64,000 bases of DNA from Variovorax sp. (GCA_031418715.1 JANOJL010000003.1:58201-122200), one strand, 5' to 3'; positions 1 to 12,739 are shown, counted from the stretch's first letter. A program made the numbers and translations. Notes: generated from the sequence alone by a model not told the origin.

Positions 1-258
1 GGCAAATGCGTGAGCCACGGCTTCACTTTGCCCGATGGTACGAAGAAATCAGCGGGCGTTATTTTGCCCAGCAGCTTGGTGTTTAACACTGGCGCGGCCG
101 AGATCATGGAATGCGTGGCTGGCTCATGCGAATACAAACTCGCGGGCTCAGATGCGTGGGTGAAATCTTCTGCGGGTGAGAAATTTAGCGTGCCGGCCAA
201 CAGCAAATTTGATATCCGCTGCAGTGAGCCATATCACTACATTTGCCATTTTTCTTGA
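1..258 (+). CDS. ppnP: Pyrimidine/purine nucleoside phosphorylase PpnP (DUF1255/YaiE family), 3' part; start lies left of the window
   Basis: The frame is open from nt 1. The tail ...GEKFSVPANSKFDIRCSEPYHYICHFS resembles the conserved cupin C-terminus of PpnP/YaiE. Confidence 0.7.
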   Translation, partial: GKCVSHGFTLPDGTKKSAGVILPSSLVFNTGAAEIMECVAGSCEYKLAGSDAWVKSSAGEKFSVPANSKFDIRCSEPYHYICHFS

Positions 259-320
259 TCATCACGTTCTGTACTTACTACTTATTTAATAGCATTCGGC
301 ACAGTATTCATGCCGGCTAG

Positions 321-1664
<1,344 letters not shown>

Positions 1665-1696
1665 GTATGCGTGTCAGCAGATTCTGCTAAACTCAA

Positions 1697-1731
1697 ACAC
1701 CGGGCCCAAGCAATTGTGTCCGGTTTTTTTT
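1697..1731 (+). terminator. Rho-independent terminator after argG
   Basis: caccggg...tccggt stem followed by tttttttt. Confidence 0.6.
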
Positions 1732-1822
1732 GGTTTTCGTTTTTACGCAAGGCACAAGAAAACCGGGTCAGTTCCAAGCGCTCAAATCAATCTGAGATGG
1801 TTTTTTTGAAAGACTTGTGAAC

Positions 1823-2800
1823 ATGGAAATTTTTGACTACGACAATGTTTTGCTATTGCCGCGTAAGTGCCGCGTTGAGAGCCGCAGCGAGTGTGATGCC
1901 AGCGTGGAGCTGGGCGGGCGCAGTTTTAAGCTGCCGGTGGTTCCTGCCAATATGAAGACGGTGGTGAACGAAGAGATTTGCGTTTGGATGGCCAAGGCGG
2001 GTTATTTTTACGTGATGCATCGCTTTGACATTGACAACGTGGCTTTCGTTAAAGCGATGGCTGCGCAGGGCGTATATTCATCGATTTCGCTAGGTGTGAA
2101 ACAGCCTGATTACGACACAGTTGATGCTTTTGTAGCGCGAGGTTTGAGCCCTGACTACATCACCATCGATATCGCCCATGGCCATGCCGACAGCGTGAAA
2201 AACATGATCGGTTGTTTGAAAGAGAAGCTGCCCAAATCCTTCATCATTGCAGGCAACGTCGGCACGCCCGAAGCCATCATTGATCTGGAAAACTGGGGTG
2301 CAGACGCGACCAAAGTGGGTATTGGCCCTGGCAAGGTGTGCATCACAAAGATGAAAACGGGTTTTGGTACGGGTGGCTGGCAGCTCTCGGCGCTCAAGTG
2401 GTGTGCCCGCGTGGCGACCAAGCCGATCATTGCTGATGGCGGCATTCGTGAGCATGGCGATATTGCTAAATCGATCCGCTTCGGCGCAACGATGGTGATG
2501 ATTGGCTCGATGCTGGCAGGCCACGAAGAATCGCCGGGCAAGACGGTGGAAGTCGATGGCAAGCTCTTCAAAGAATACTACGGCTCAGCGAGCGATTTCA
2601 ACAAAGGCGAATACAAACACGTTGAAGGCAAGCGCATTTTGGAACCGATCAAAGGCAATCTGCTCAACACGCTGGTAGAGATGGAGCAAGACGTGCAAAG
2701 CTCGATCAGCTATTCCGGCGGCAAAAAGCTCATGGATATCCGCAAGGTGAATTATGTGATTTTGGGTGGGGACAATGCGGGTGAGCATTTGCTGATGTGA
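1823..2800 (+). CDS. guaC: GMP reductase
   Basis: IMPDH/GMPR TIM-barrel without a CBS insert. N-terminus [22 protein letters not shown] and catalytic loop [11 protein letters not shown] are present. ATG 1823 is preferred over the track's GTG 1817. Confidence 0.9.
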   Translation: MEIFDYDNVLLLPRKCRVESRSECDASVELGGRSFKLPVVPANMKTVVNEEICVWMAKAGYFYVMHRFDIDNVAFVKAMAAQGVYSSISLGVKQPDYDTVDAFVARGLSPDYITIDIAHGHADSVKNMIGCLKEKLPKSFIIAGNVGTPEAIIDLENWGADATKVGIGPGKVCITKMKTGFGTGGWQLSALKWCARVATKPIIADGGIREHGDIAKSIRFGATMVMIGSMLAGHEESPGKTVEVDGKLFKEYYGSASDFNKGEYKHVEGKRILEPIKGNLLNTLVEMEQDVQSSISYSGGKKLMDIRKVNYVILGGDNAGEHLLM

Positions 2801-2832
2801 TGGCATAAAAATTCTATTCACATCAACCCATT

Positions 2833-2860
2833 AAAAAGCACCTTAAAAAGGTGCTTTTTT
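2833..2860 (+). terminator. Rho-independent terminator after guaC
   Basis: aaaaagcacc ttaaaaa ggtgctttttt. Confidence 0.85.
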
Positions 2861-3085
2861 CATTTTGATCATTCATGCCCACGCTAGGGTATGTACTTCG
2901 GGTATGCACAGAGGTTCGTGCTCGATTGGACAGGACTCGATGAGCCGGGCAACTTGATCGTGGGTCGCCGCGCGCTTGATCTCCACAGACGACAAATACC
3001 CGCGCAGCCGCTGCCAATGGCTGACAAAGATCAGATTTTTATACGCGAGTGCGATCAGATGAGTTAATCAGCAAAGAATCGAAAA

Positions 3086-3134
3086 TGCTACTAATTAAAT
3101 AGCACTCTGCGCAATTTCTATAACGGCTACAGCC
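3086..3134 (+). repeat. Family-A dispersed intergenic repeat, copy 1
   Basis: tgctactaattaaatagca ctctgcgcaatttctataacgg ctacagcc. The 3' end abuts the stop of the hydrolase gene. Confidence 0.8.
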
Positions 3135-4031
3135 CTACTTCATCAATAATTCCAGTGCCAACGCATGCGCTCTGTGCCCTGGTTTGCACAGTGCTTCCAG
3201 CACGCTGAAATGATTCAGACCGAGCAGCGCTTCGCGTACGCGCACACAGCGGCTGCCCCAGACGTGCTCGATCAAAGCGTTATGCCGCAGGAATTCATCG
3301 CTCTCATCTGCGCCACACAGCGCGACAAACTCACCAGGCGGTGCGGGAAAGTGTGCGGGGCTGCAGCGCTGCACTTGGGCTGCCGTAAGCCGCACATCGT
3401 TTTGCAGAAACGGGCTGGCCATGATGGGCGCGAGGTCGTATAGGCCAGACAGGCTGAGTGCATTGCGCACCAACCGCCGAGGCAGATCAGTAGCCACGGC
3501 CTTCCAATCGCAAGCCAGCAGCATCGCCGCCAGATGCCCGCCAGCGGAATGGCCTATCACCGTGATGCGCCTCGGGTCTGCACCATGCTGCGCGATGTTG
3601 CGATACACCCAAACCAACGCCTGCACCTGCTGCAACACGATCTGCTCCATGCTGGCGGTCGGGCACAGCGCGTAATTGGGCACGACAACACACGCGCCCG
3701 CCTGTGTGAGCGAGGGTGCGATGAAGCTGTGGTCTGACTTGTCCAAACTGCGCCAGTAGCCGCCATGAATAAACACCAGAACCGGCGCGCTTTCTTGCGC
3801 ACGCTGACGCGCAGAAGGCGCAGAAGGCGCAGCAGGGAAAATATCCAAAGTCTCAGCCTGTCCGCCTGCGCCATATGGCAAGTCCAACACGCAAGTCTGG
3901 GAAGCGCGCACCTGCGCAGAATCCGTCTGCCATCGCTTGAAGTGTGTCATGAACCATGGCACACGCAGGCGGTTGTTGTATTGCGCGTCGAGGTAGGCGG
4001 GATCAGGATTGAAATCAGTCAGTCGGTTCAT
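3135..4031 (-). CDS. Alpha/beta-fold hydrolase (arylformamidase/esterase-like)
   Basis: Oxyanion motif HGGYW and nucleophile elbow GHSAGGH are present. The substrate cannot be assigned. Confidence 0.75.
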   Translation of the reverse strand: MNRLTDFNPDPAYLDAQYNNRLRVPWFMTHFKRWQTDSAQVRASQTCVLDLPYGAGGQAETLDIFPAAPSAPSARQRAQESAPVLVFIHGGYWRSLDKSDHSFIAPSLTQAGACVVVPNYALCPTASMEQIVLQQVQALVWVYRNIAQHGADPRRITVIGHSAGGHLAAMLLACDWKAVATDLPRRLVRNALSLSGLYDLAPIMASPFLQNDVRLTAAQVQRCSPAHFPAPPGEFVALCGADESDEFLRHNALIEHVWGSRCVRVREALLGLNHFSVLEALCKPGHRAHALALELLMK

Positions 4032-4073
4032 CGTGCTAATTTAACGGCTGCTGCCCTATTTCACTCTAAATAA

Positions 4074-4913
4074 TCAATGCAAACCACGCTCTTCCGGTTC
4101 ATCCTTAGAAGTCGCGATCATGCTGGTTTGCATGCCTTTGGCTTTGCGGTAAGCGTAGATCACATATCCGCTCAAACCATAAGCGATGAAGATGCCGAAG
4201 AGGACAGTGGGTGGGTCGATGTTGATCACGGCGATGCCCAAAGCGATGAGCACGATCACGGCAAAGGGTACGCTGCGTTTCATGTTCAAATCTTTGAAGC
4301 TGTAAAACGGCACATTGGTCACCATCGTCAAGCCCGTGTAGAGCGCGAGTGCAAACATGAGCCAGCGCACCTTGATCTCTATTTGCCCCAAAAGCACGAG
4401 CGTGTCGCTGCCAGCAATGCCCAGGTCAGTCATGAGCCAAATAAATCCCATCACCAGAGCCGCCGCGGCTGGGCTCGGCAGGCCTTGAAAATAGCGTTTG
4501 TCCACCACAGCGGTGTTGACGTTGAAGCGCGCCAAGCGCAGCATCGCGCAAGAGACGTACACGAAAGCAGCGATCCAGCCCCAGCGGCCTAAATCTTTCA
4601 GCGCCCACATATAAGCAATCAGCGCGGGCGCAGCGCCAAAGCTGACCATGTCTGAGAGCGAATCCATCTGTTCGCCAAAGGCCGATTGCGTGTTCGTCAT
4701 CCGCGCGACGCGGCCGTCCAAGCTATCGAGCACCATCGCGCAAAAGATGCCAATAGCCGCTTCATGAAAGCGCCCATTCACAGCCATCACGATGCCATAA
4801 AAGCCGCCAAACAGTGCTGCCAAGGTAAACAGATTGGGCAAAATATAAATGCCCTTGCGGCGCGGCTTCGCGGGAGCCAATTCAGCGGGGTGGGTGTCGT
4901 TTCCGTCGTGCAT
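4074..4913 (-). CDS. pssA: CDP-diacylglycerol--serine O-phosphatidyltransferase
   Basis: CDP-alcohol phosphatidyltransferase motif DGRVARMTNTQSAFGEQMDSLSD in a polytopic membrane protein. Confidence 0.9.
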   Translation of the reverse strand: MHDGNDTHPAELAPAKPRRKGIYILPNLFTLAALFGGFYGIVMAVNGRFHEAAIGIFCAMVLDSLDGRVARMTNTQSAFGEQMDSLSDMVSFGAAPALIAYMWALKDLGRWGWIAAFVYVSCAMLRLARFNVNTAVVDKRYFQGLPSPAAAALVMGFIWLMTDLGIAGSDTLVLLGQIEIKVRWLMFALALYTGLTMVTNVPFYSFKDLNMKRSVPFAVIVLIALGIAVINIDPPTVLFGIFIAYGLSGYVIYAYRKAKGMQTSMIATSKDEPEERGLH

Positions 4914-4943
4914 GGGTGCAGTGTAATGTGAATCGCTATAAAA

Positions 4944-4975
4944 ACAAAAAAACCGCTTGGTTGCCCAAGCGGTTT
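4944..4975 (-). terminator. Rho-independent terminator after ilvC (ilvIHC operon)
   Basis: Minus strand: aaaccgcttgg gcaa ccaagcggttttttt. Confidence 0.8.
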
Positions 4976-4983
4976 ACTACTGA

Positions 4984-5039
4984 TTTGATAGCACTCTACG
5001 CAGATTCTATAAAGGCAAAGTACTGATTTCTCTTAAAAA
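4984..5039 (+). repeat. Family-A repeat, copy 2
   Basis: tttgatagcactctacgcagattctataaaggcaaagtactgatttctcttaaaaat. It ends at the ilvC stop codon. Confidence 0.8.
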
Positions 5040-6080
<1,041 letters not shown>

Positions 6081-6159
6081 TCAGCACTTGTCAATATAGA
6101 GATGAGACCTTGGCAGCGGCTGACAAAGGGCTGTCAAGGCTCATCGTGAAATCAGAGGC

Positions 6160-6651
6160 TCACACTCGCAAAATACGTTCGCCCCGCCCAATGCCGCTGG
6201 CGCCGGTGCGTACGGTTTCTAGGATGGCAGTGCGGTCGATGGCTTCCAAGAAAGCATCGAGCTTGGTGTGGTCGCCGGTCAGCTCCACGGTGTAGCTCTT
6301 CTCGGTCACGTCGATGATACGGCCACGGAAGATTTCGGCCATGCGCTTCATTTCTTCGCGTTCTTTGCCCACCGCCCGTACCTTGACCATCATCAGCTCA
6401 CGCTCGGTGTAGCTGCCTTCCGTCAAATCGACGACTTTGACGACTTCGATCAGGCGGTTCAGATGTTTGGTGATTTGCTCGATGACTTCGTCCGAGCCGC
6501 TGGTGACAATCGTCATGCGCGAGAGCGAAGAGTCCTCGGTGGGGGCGACAGTGAGAGATTCAATGTTGTAGCCACGGGCTGAAAACAAGCCGACCACGCG
6601 AGAAAGCGCACCGGGTTCGTTTTCGATCAAAACTGCAATAATATGTTTCAT
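6160..6651 (-). CDS. ilvH: Acetolactate synthase small (regulatory) subunit
   Basis: ACT-domain N-terminus IIAVLIENEPGALSRVVGLFSARGYNIESLTV, 163 aa, between ilvI and ilvC. Confidence 0.95.
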   Translation of the reverse strand: MKHIIAVLIENEPGALSRVVGLFSARGYNIESLTVAPTEDSSLSRMTIVTSGSDEVIEQITKHLNRLIEVVKVVDLTEGSYTERELMMVKVRAVGKEREEMKRMAEIFRGRIIDVTEKSYTVELTGDHTKLDAFLEAIDRTAILETVRTGASGIGRGERILRV

Positions 6652-6739
6652 GATGATTCCTCATTTCTACAGCCCTCCTCCGGTGACGGTAATCAACGGA
6701 CTTGGCTGCAAATAGATTGATCGTTAAGGTTAAAGATGA

Positions 6740-6756
6740 GGTAACGCAGAAAGCGC
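6740..6756 (+). repeat. Family-B half-site (solo arm)
   Basis: ggtaacgcagaaagcgc, in the ilvI-ilvH spacer. Confidence 0.4.
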
Positions 6757-6765
6757 TAAATGGTT

Positions 6766-8571
6766 TTAGAGCTCTTCCGAGCCCAAAAGCATCTCAGTGA
6801 TGCCCTTGCCAGCTTTCACCATCGGCCAGACGTTTTCTGTCGGGTCGGTGCGGAAATCCATGAAAACGGTGCGATCTTTGAGTTTGCGAGCTTCGCGCAA
6901 AGCGGGCTCCACGTCCTCAGGGCGTTCTATCAACATGCCAACGTGGCCGTAGGCTTCGGCGAGTTTCACGAAATCGGGCAACGCATCCATGTAGCTGCTG
7001 GAATAGCGGCCTTCGTAGTCAATCTCTTGCCACTGACGGACCATACCGAGATAGCGGTTATTTAAGCTGACGATCTTGATCGGGGTGTTGTATTGCAAGC
7101 AGGTAGAAAGCTCTTGAATACACATCTGCACCGAGCCTTCGCCGGTAATGCAAAAAACTTCCGCTTCTGGCTTGGCCATTTTGATACCCATGGCATATGG
7201 AATGCCCACGCCCATCGTGCCGAGGCCACCGGAGTTGATCCAGCGATTGGGATGGTCAAAGCGGTAGAACTGGGCGGCCCACATTTGGTGCTGACCGACA
7301 TCGGAAGTGATGTAGGTTTCGACATCTTTCGTCATATTCCAGAGCGTCTCAACCACCATTTGCGGCTTGATCACGTCTTTTGCAGCGCGATCAAACTTCA
7401 GGCAATCTTTGCTACGCCAAGCATCAATCGTGCTCCACCAGCTCGCCAAATCAGCAGGCGTGACGCGCTGAGGCATTTCTTTGACTTGGTTGATCATTTC
7501 AGTGAGCACGTCTTTCACGTCGCCCACAATCGGAATATCCACCTTCACGCGCTTGGAAATACTCGAAGGATCAATGTCGATATGAATGATCTTGCGCTCG
7601 TTTTGCGCGAAATGCTTGGGGTTGCCAATCACACGATCGTCAAAACGCGCACCGACGGCCAACAGTACATCGCAATTTTGCATCGCGTTATTGGCTTCAA
7701 CAGTGCCGTGCATGCCGAGCATACCGAGGAATTTCCTGTCCGATGCGGGATATGCGCCCAAGCCCATGAGCGTGTTCGTCACGGGGTAGCCGAGCATATC
7801 GACCAAGGTACGCAACTCATTGCTCGCGCCGCCCAGAATCACGCCACCACCGGTGTAAATGTAGGGGCGCTTGGCTGTGAGCAGCAGCTGCAAAGCCTTG
7901 CGAATTTGACCGCCATGGCCTTTGACTTTGGGCTGATAACTGCGCATTTCCACTGGTTTTTTGTATTCAGCCAGATCAAACTTCACTTTGTTGAAGCTCA
8001 CGTCCTTCGGAATATCCACCACCACCGGGCCGGGGCGACCCGTGCGGGCGATGTGGAAAGCTTTGCGCAAGATGTCCGCCATATCGCGGACATCTTTCAC
8101 CAGAAAGTTGTGCTTCACGATTGGGCGGGTGATGCCTACGGTGTCGCATTCTTGGAAAGCATCGAGTCCAATGGCCGGCACAGGTACTTGACCGGTGATG
8201 ATCACCATCGGAATGCTATCCATGTAGGCTGTCGCAATACCTGTAATAGCGTTAGTCACACCGGGGCCGCTGGTAACGAGTGCTACGCCGACATCGCCTG
8301 TGGCGCGGGCGTAGCCGTCAGCCGCGTGCACCGCAGCTTGCTCGTGGCGCACCAAGATGTGCCGCATACTTTGCTGCTTGTAGAGCGCATCGTAAATGTG
8401 CAAAACAGCGCCGCCGGGATAGCCCCAGACGTATTTCACGCCTTCTGCAGCCAGAGCGGCGCACAAAATTTCTGCACCGCGAAGTTCGGGCAGGTGGGAG
8501 GAATTTGGGGTAGCTTGGGCAGCGCTAGAAGCAGCAGCAGCCGAGGCCAATTCGGCCTTGTTGATTTCCAT
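6766..8571 (-). CDS. ilvI: Acetolactate synthase large subunit
   Basis: ThDP enzyme with GYPGGAVLHIYDAL and the ThDP-binding region GLGTMGVGIPYAMG...GEGS...NN. 601 aa. Confidence 0.95.
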   Translation of the reverse strand: MEINKAELASAAAASSAAQATPNSSHLPELRGAEILCAALAAEGVKYVWGYPGGAVLHIYDALYKQQSMRHILVRHEQAAVHAADGYARATGDVGVALVTSGPGVTNAITGIATAYMDSIPMVIITGQVPVPAIGLDAFQECDTVGITRPIVKHNFLVKDVRDMADILRKAFHIARTGRPGPVVVDIPKDVSFNKVKFDLAEYKKPVEMRSYQPKVKGHGGQIRKALQLLLTAKRPYIYTGGGVILGGASNELRTLVDMLGYPVTNTLMGLGAYPASDRKFLGMLGMHGTVEANNAMQNCDVLLAVGARFDDRVIGNPKHFAQNERKIIHIDIDPSSISKRVKVDIPIVGDVKDVLTEMINQVKEMPQRVTPADLASWWSTIDAWRSKDCLKFDRAAKDVIKPQMVVETLWNMTKDVETYITSDVGQHQMWAAQFYRFDHPNRWINSGGLGTMGVGIPYAMGIKMAKPEAEVFCITGEGSVQMCIQELSTCLQYNTPIKIVSLNNRYLGMVRQWQEIDYEGRYSSSYMDALPDFVKLAEAYGHVGMLIERPEDVEPALREARKLKDRTVFMDFRTDPTENVWPMVKAGKGITEMLLGSEEL

Positions 8572-8743
8572 GATGAACCTTTAAGAGTTAAACGTAACTT
8601 TGCAGGTACCTCTCACGCACGCCGGAAAGCGCCGTTACGAGGTTTCGGATTTAGAACATAAGCTTGCCTAAAGACAGCCGGATCAAAACCCTTTTGCAGT
8701 TAAGATTATGCCACCACAAAAAACCAGAGACTGAGCACACCCA

Positions 8744-9313
8744 TTGGCTACAGAGCAAGAACTCTCCGACTTCCTCAAATCTGTGGAAAAACGCGCCTTC
8801 AAACGCTCGGTCTATCATGTCCGGGATGAGGATGCTGCGCTCGATATTGTGCAAGACAGCATGATCAAGCTGACGGTGCATTACGCTGACAAACCACCCG
8901 CTGAGCTGCCGATGCTCTTCCAGCGGATTCTGCAAAACACCACACTCGATTGGTTTCGACGCCAAAAAACCCACAAAGCCCTGTTTTCCAACATGAGCAG
9001 CTTTGAAAAAGCGGGCGAGGATGGCGATTTTGATTTATTGGAAACTTTGGAGTCGCTAGACACCTCTGACCGAACAGAAAGTGCAGAAATGCAGGTTTCT
9101 CGCGGCCAAATTTTGAACGAAATTGACGACGCAGTGAAACTGCTTCCCGCACGTCAACGCGAAGCCTTCCTCATGCGTTACTGGGAGGAGATGGATGTGG
9201 CTGAAACGGCAGCGGCAATGGGATGTTCCGAGGGCAGCGTGAAAACGCACTGTTCTCGTGCAGTTCAGGCGCTTAGCAAAACGCTTCGAGCCAAGGGAAT
9301 TCAACTGAATTGA
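8744..9313 (+). CDS. ECF-type RNA polymerase sigma-70 family factor
   Basis: Region 2 (ALDIVQDSMIKL...) and region 4 HTH (MDVAETAAAMGCSEGSVKTHCSRA). TTG start per the ORF track. Confidence 0.85.
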   Translation: MATEQELSDFLKSVEKRAFKRSVYHVRDEDAALDIVQDSMIKLTVHYADKPPAELPMLFQRILQNTTLDWFRRQKTHKALFSNMSSFEKAGEDGDFDLLETLESLDTSDRTESAEMQVSRGQILNEIDDAVKLLPARQREAFLMRYWEEMDVAETAAAMGCSEGSVKTHCSRAVQALSKTLRAKGIQLN

Positions 9314-9358
9314 AGCGAACATTTTTTCGTCAATCAATGCAATAAAACAAGCCAACAG

Positions 9359-9844
9359 GTGCAGATCATGATCAACGCAATTACTTTCCAGCACGAAGCG
9401 CAGATGGATCGTTTTGGCCTGAAAGTGGCTGCGATCCTTGATGATCAGCCTTTGTCGCATGATATTTCTGAACGCTTGCGGGTCGCTCGCCAACAAGCCT
9501 TGGCTCAGCGCAAAACGCAAGTCGCCTTACAAACTCAAACAGCAGGCGGCGTCTTTGCATCAGGCTCAGCAGCAGTTTTAAGCCAAGGCAATCAAGGGGG
9601 TGAAGGCCTCAATTGGCTCAGCCGCTTGCTTGGCTTCATTCCTTTGCTGGCTTTGGCCATCGGCTTGGTGGCGATCAGCATCAATGTGAGCGATGAGCGC
9701 GCCAATGAATTGGCCGAGGTCGACACCCAACTCCTGACCGACGATTTGCCGCCTGGCGCCCACACTGATCCCGGTTTTGCGCAGTTTCTGAAATTTGGCC
9801 CGCCTTCAGGGTCAACTTCTGCTGAACCAAGCTCTGGTCAATGA
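9359..9844 (+). CDS. DUF3619-like single-pass membrane protein (possible anti-sigma partner)
   Basis: Lies immediately after the ECF sigma and has one TM segment (LLGFIPLLALAIGLVAISI). Family name is from memory. The start is uncertain (GTG 9359 or ATG 9368). Confidence 0.55.
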   Translation: MQIMINAITFQHEAQMDRFGLKVAAILDDQPLSHDISERLRVARQQALAQRKTQVALQTQTAGGVFASGSAAVLSQGNQGGEGLNWLSRLLGFIPLLALAIGLVAISINVSDERANELAEVDTQLLTDDLPPGAHTDPGFAQFLKFGPPSGSTSAEPSSGQ

Positions 9845-9853
9845 GGTCAAGCG

Positions 9854-10555
9854 GTGATGCGGTTTTTACTCATCTTGGTGACCAGCTTGGTTTTTGCTGG
9901 GTTTGCGTTCGCGCAAAGCGCAGCCCAATCTGTAGCCCCCCAAAAGACTGCTTTACCTGCTGCGGCTAAACCAGCAGCCGCACAAACCAAATCTGAGCCC
10001 AATCAGCCGCTTTGGAAAGAGCTCAGCGCCAAAGAGCAAATCGCGCTTCGTCCTCTGGTTGCCACTTGGGATGGCATGGTCGTTGGGCAAAAGAACAAAT
10101 GGCTGTCTGTGGCAAATGATTTCGACAAGCTGCCTGCGCCTCAGCAAGCCAAAATGCATGCCCGCATGACGGAATGGACGGCTTTGAGCCCTCAGCAACG
10201 TGCATCAGCCCGAATGAATTTCGCCCAAAATCGCGAGCTAACTGACGGCCTCACCCCTGAGCAGCGCAAAGTTCAATGGGACGCTTACCAGCAACTCAGC
10301 CCCGCTGAAAAGCGCAAACTGGCAGACAGTGCGCCCAAAGCCAATCCCGCAGCTGCCGTCTTTGCTGCCAAACCTCAGCCTGTGCTCAGAAAAGAACCCA
10401 GCCCTGAGTTTGGTACAGGCAAAGTCTTGACACGCGCCCAAACAGCACCAAATGCTCAAGCGCCCGGGCATAAAATAGCTGTTCCTCGGCATGTGGCCTC
10501 ACAGGGCTTGATCTTGCCCGGCAATCCTGCACCTGAATCTGCCAATAAGCCCTGA
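9854..10555 (+). CDS. DUF3106-like secreted protein
   Basis: Signal peptide MRFLLILVTSLVFAGFAFA followed by repeated W..LS..Q/E.. motifs (WKELSAKEQ, WTALSPQQR, QQLSPAEKR). Confidence 0.6.
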   Translation: MMRFLLILVTSLVFAGFAFAQSAAQSVAPQKTALPAAAKPAAAQTKSEPNQPLWKELSAKEQIALRPLVATWDGMVVGQKNKWLSVANDFDKLPAPQQAKMHARMTEWTALSPQQRASARMNFAQNRELTDGLTPEQRKVQWDAYQQLSPAEKRKLADSAPKANPAAAVFAAKPQPVLRKEPSPEFGTGKVLTRAQTAPNAQAPGHKIAVPRHVASQGLILPGNPAPESANKP

Positions 10556-10616
10556 GCGTGTGCGGAAGGTTGCAGCGAGTGCTTCGCTGGCTCGCTTCCC
10601 GCTGACAGCAGTGCTT

Positions 10617-10686
10617 TAATTTTTAAGCCAAATCGGCCTCTACCCGTTATAGAATATGCGCAGAGTGCTATTTTTTTGATAGCATA
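10617..10686 (-). repeat. Family-A repeat, copy 3 (near-consensus)
   Basis: Reverse complement: tgctatcaaaaaaatagcactctgcgcatattctataacgggtagaggccgatttggcttaaaaat. Confidence 0.85.
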
Positions 10687-10715
10687 TACAATCATGGCTT
10701 GAACCTTCATTTGCC

Positions 10716-11267
10716 ATGACCCAACCCGCCTCCTCCTCCTCGACAGTAGCCCCAGCCTCGCCTGAGAGTCCATTCGTTCCGCCCAGCCTGCGCCGCCGTA
10801 TGGCTTGCTGGATGTATGAAGGCGTGTTGATGTTTGGTGTGATGTGGATTGCGGGTTACTTGTTTGGCGCACTCTCGCAAACGCGTCATGCGATGGACAA
10901 TCGGCTCGCTTTGCAGGTCTTTCTTTTCATCATCTTCGGTATTTATTTCGTCTGGTTTTGGCACAAAGGCCAAACGCTGGCGATGAAGACTTGGCATCTG
11001 CGGGTGGTCGATCTGGAGGGCAAAGCAATTTCGCAGCTTCGCGCGATGGCTCGTTATGCGCTTTCTTGGCTTTGGTTCGTGCCGCCGCTGGCCGTGATTG
11101 CTCCGTTCAAGCTCTCAGGCGCCGAGAGCGCGGTGATCGTGTTGGGCTGGGTGGCTTTCTATGCCCTGCTTTCGCGCTTTCATCCGCAGCGTCAGTTTAT
11201 GCATGATGCCTTGGCTGGGACGCGGTTGATTTCTCATGCGCCAATGAGCAAAACCATCCCTGCTTGA
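10716..11267 (+). CDS. RDD family membrane protein
   Basis: Three TM segments with GQTLAMKTWHLRVVD and ...HDALAGTRLI, typical of RDD proteins. Confidence 0.7.
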   Translation: MTQPASSSSTVAPASPESPFVPPSLRRRMACWMYEGVLMFGVMWIAGYLFGALSQTRHAMDNRLALQVFLFIIFGIYFVWFWHKGQTLAMKTWHLRVVDLEGKAISQLRAMARYALSWLWFVPPLAVIAPFKLSGAESAVIVLGWVAFYALLSRFHPQRQFMHDALAGTRLISHAPMSKTIPA

Positions 11268-11281
11268 AGCACAATCGCCGG

Positions 11282-11674
11282 ATGTCAATCTCCCAAGAAT
11301 CCCCCACCGCGCAAAAATCCCGCTCCGGCATCGCGCGTATCCTGCATGCCACGGGCTACTCTGTGGCTGGATTACGCGTCGGGCTGAAAGAGCCCGCGTT
11401 TCGCCAAGAAGTGCTGCTCGCTTGTTTGCTGATTCCAGCTTCTTTCTGGCTTGGTCGCAATTGGCTTGAAACCTCATTTCTCATCGCCACCCTTGTCATC
11501 GTGATGATCACTGAGTTGCTCAACACGGGTATTGAGCGCTCCATCGACCGCATTGGCCCAGAGTGGCACGAGCTGTCAAAAACGGCGAAAGATTTAGGTT
11601 CAGCGGCCGTTTTGCTCTCCCTCATTCTGTGCAGTGGCGTGTGGGCCGGCGCTTTATATTCACGTTTCTTCTAA
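11282..11674 (+). CDS. dgkA: Diacylglycerol kinase
   Basis: ARILHATGYSVAGLRVGLKEPAFRQE parallels the E. coli DgkA N-terminus. ~130 aa with 3 TM segments. ATG 11282 chosen inside track ORF 11264..11674. Confidence 0.85.
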   Translation: MSISQESPTAQKSRSGIARILHATGYSVAGLRVGLKEPAFRQEVLLACLLIPASFWLGRNWLETSFLIATLVIVMITELLNTGIERSIDRIGPEWHELSKTAKDLGSAAVLLSLILCSGVWAGALYSRFF

Positions 11675-11678
11675 AGCC

Positions 11679-12266
11679 ATGACAACAAAACCGAATTTCT
11701 CCATCTGCGTCTATTGCGGCTCTCGCGAAGGCAATCAACCTGCTTTTGCCTATGCCGCCGGCGAAGTCGGCCGCTGGATCGGCCAGCACGGCGGCCAGCT
11801 CGTCTATGGCGGCGGCAACAACGGCTTGATGGGCATCCTTGCCCAAGCCACGCTCGATGCGGGCGGCCTCGTCAAAGGCATCATCCCCACCGCTTTGGTT
11901 GAAAAAGAATGGGCCAAACTCGATTGCACCGAGCTGCACATCGTCGAAACCATGCACGAACGCAAAGCCATGATGGCCGAGCATGCCGATGTGTTTCTCG
12001 CCCTGCCTGGCGGGATTGGCACCTTTGAAGAACTCTTTGAAACTTGGACATGGAAGCAACTCGGCTACCACGACAAACCGATTGGCATCTTAAATGTCAA
12101 CGGCTGCTACGACGCTTTCATGGAAATGATGCGCGGCACGGTAAACGACGGTTTTGTGGGCGAATTCCAAATGGAAATGATCCAAATCGCCGAAGAGCCA
12201 GCGGGCTTGCTGCGCGAATTGGTCACAGCAGCTGGGTTATCGGAGCAACTCAAGCGCTTGGATTGA
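11679..12266 (+). CDS. LOG family protein (TIGR00730; nucleotide 5'-monophosphate nucleosidase-like)
   Basis: Motifs GGGNNGLMG and PGGIGTFEE. ATG 11679 (MTTKPNFSICVYCGSR) chosen. Confidence 0.85.
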   Translation: MTTKPNFSICVYCGSREGNQPAFAYAAGEVGRWIGQHGGQLVYGGGNNGLMGILAQATLDAGGLVKGIIPTALVEKEWAKLDCTELHIVETMHERKAMMAEHADVFLALPGGIGTFEELFETWTWKQLGYHDKPIGILNVNGCYDAFMEMMRGTVNDGFVGEFQMEMIQIAEEPAGLLRELVTAAGLSEQLKRLD

Positions 12267-12315
12267 TTGGCGGTGTATCCCACTTTCATCGCCGCATCCA
12301 TTGCAGCGATTCGCT

Positions 12316-12672
<357 letters not shown>

Positions 12673-12739
12673 CTATGCAATAGCTAAACTTTAACGTAGT
12701 TTCGCCCCAATCCTGCCGACCTCGTCCCAAGGAAAACCC

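Noticed and set aside
2870-3060. A 65-codon open frame on the minus strand (…LIALAYKNLIFVSHWQRLRGYLSSVEIKRAATHDQVARLIESCPIEHEPLCIPEVHTLAWA*), considered as a gene remnant or pseudogene between guaC and the hydrolase gene.
   Set aside because: It has no ATG/GTG/TTG start and no motif I can assign to a family. It could be a decayed fragment, but that cannot be supported without a database search.
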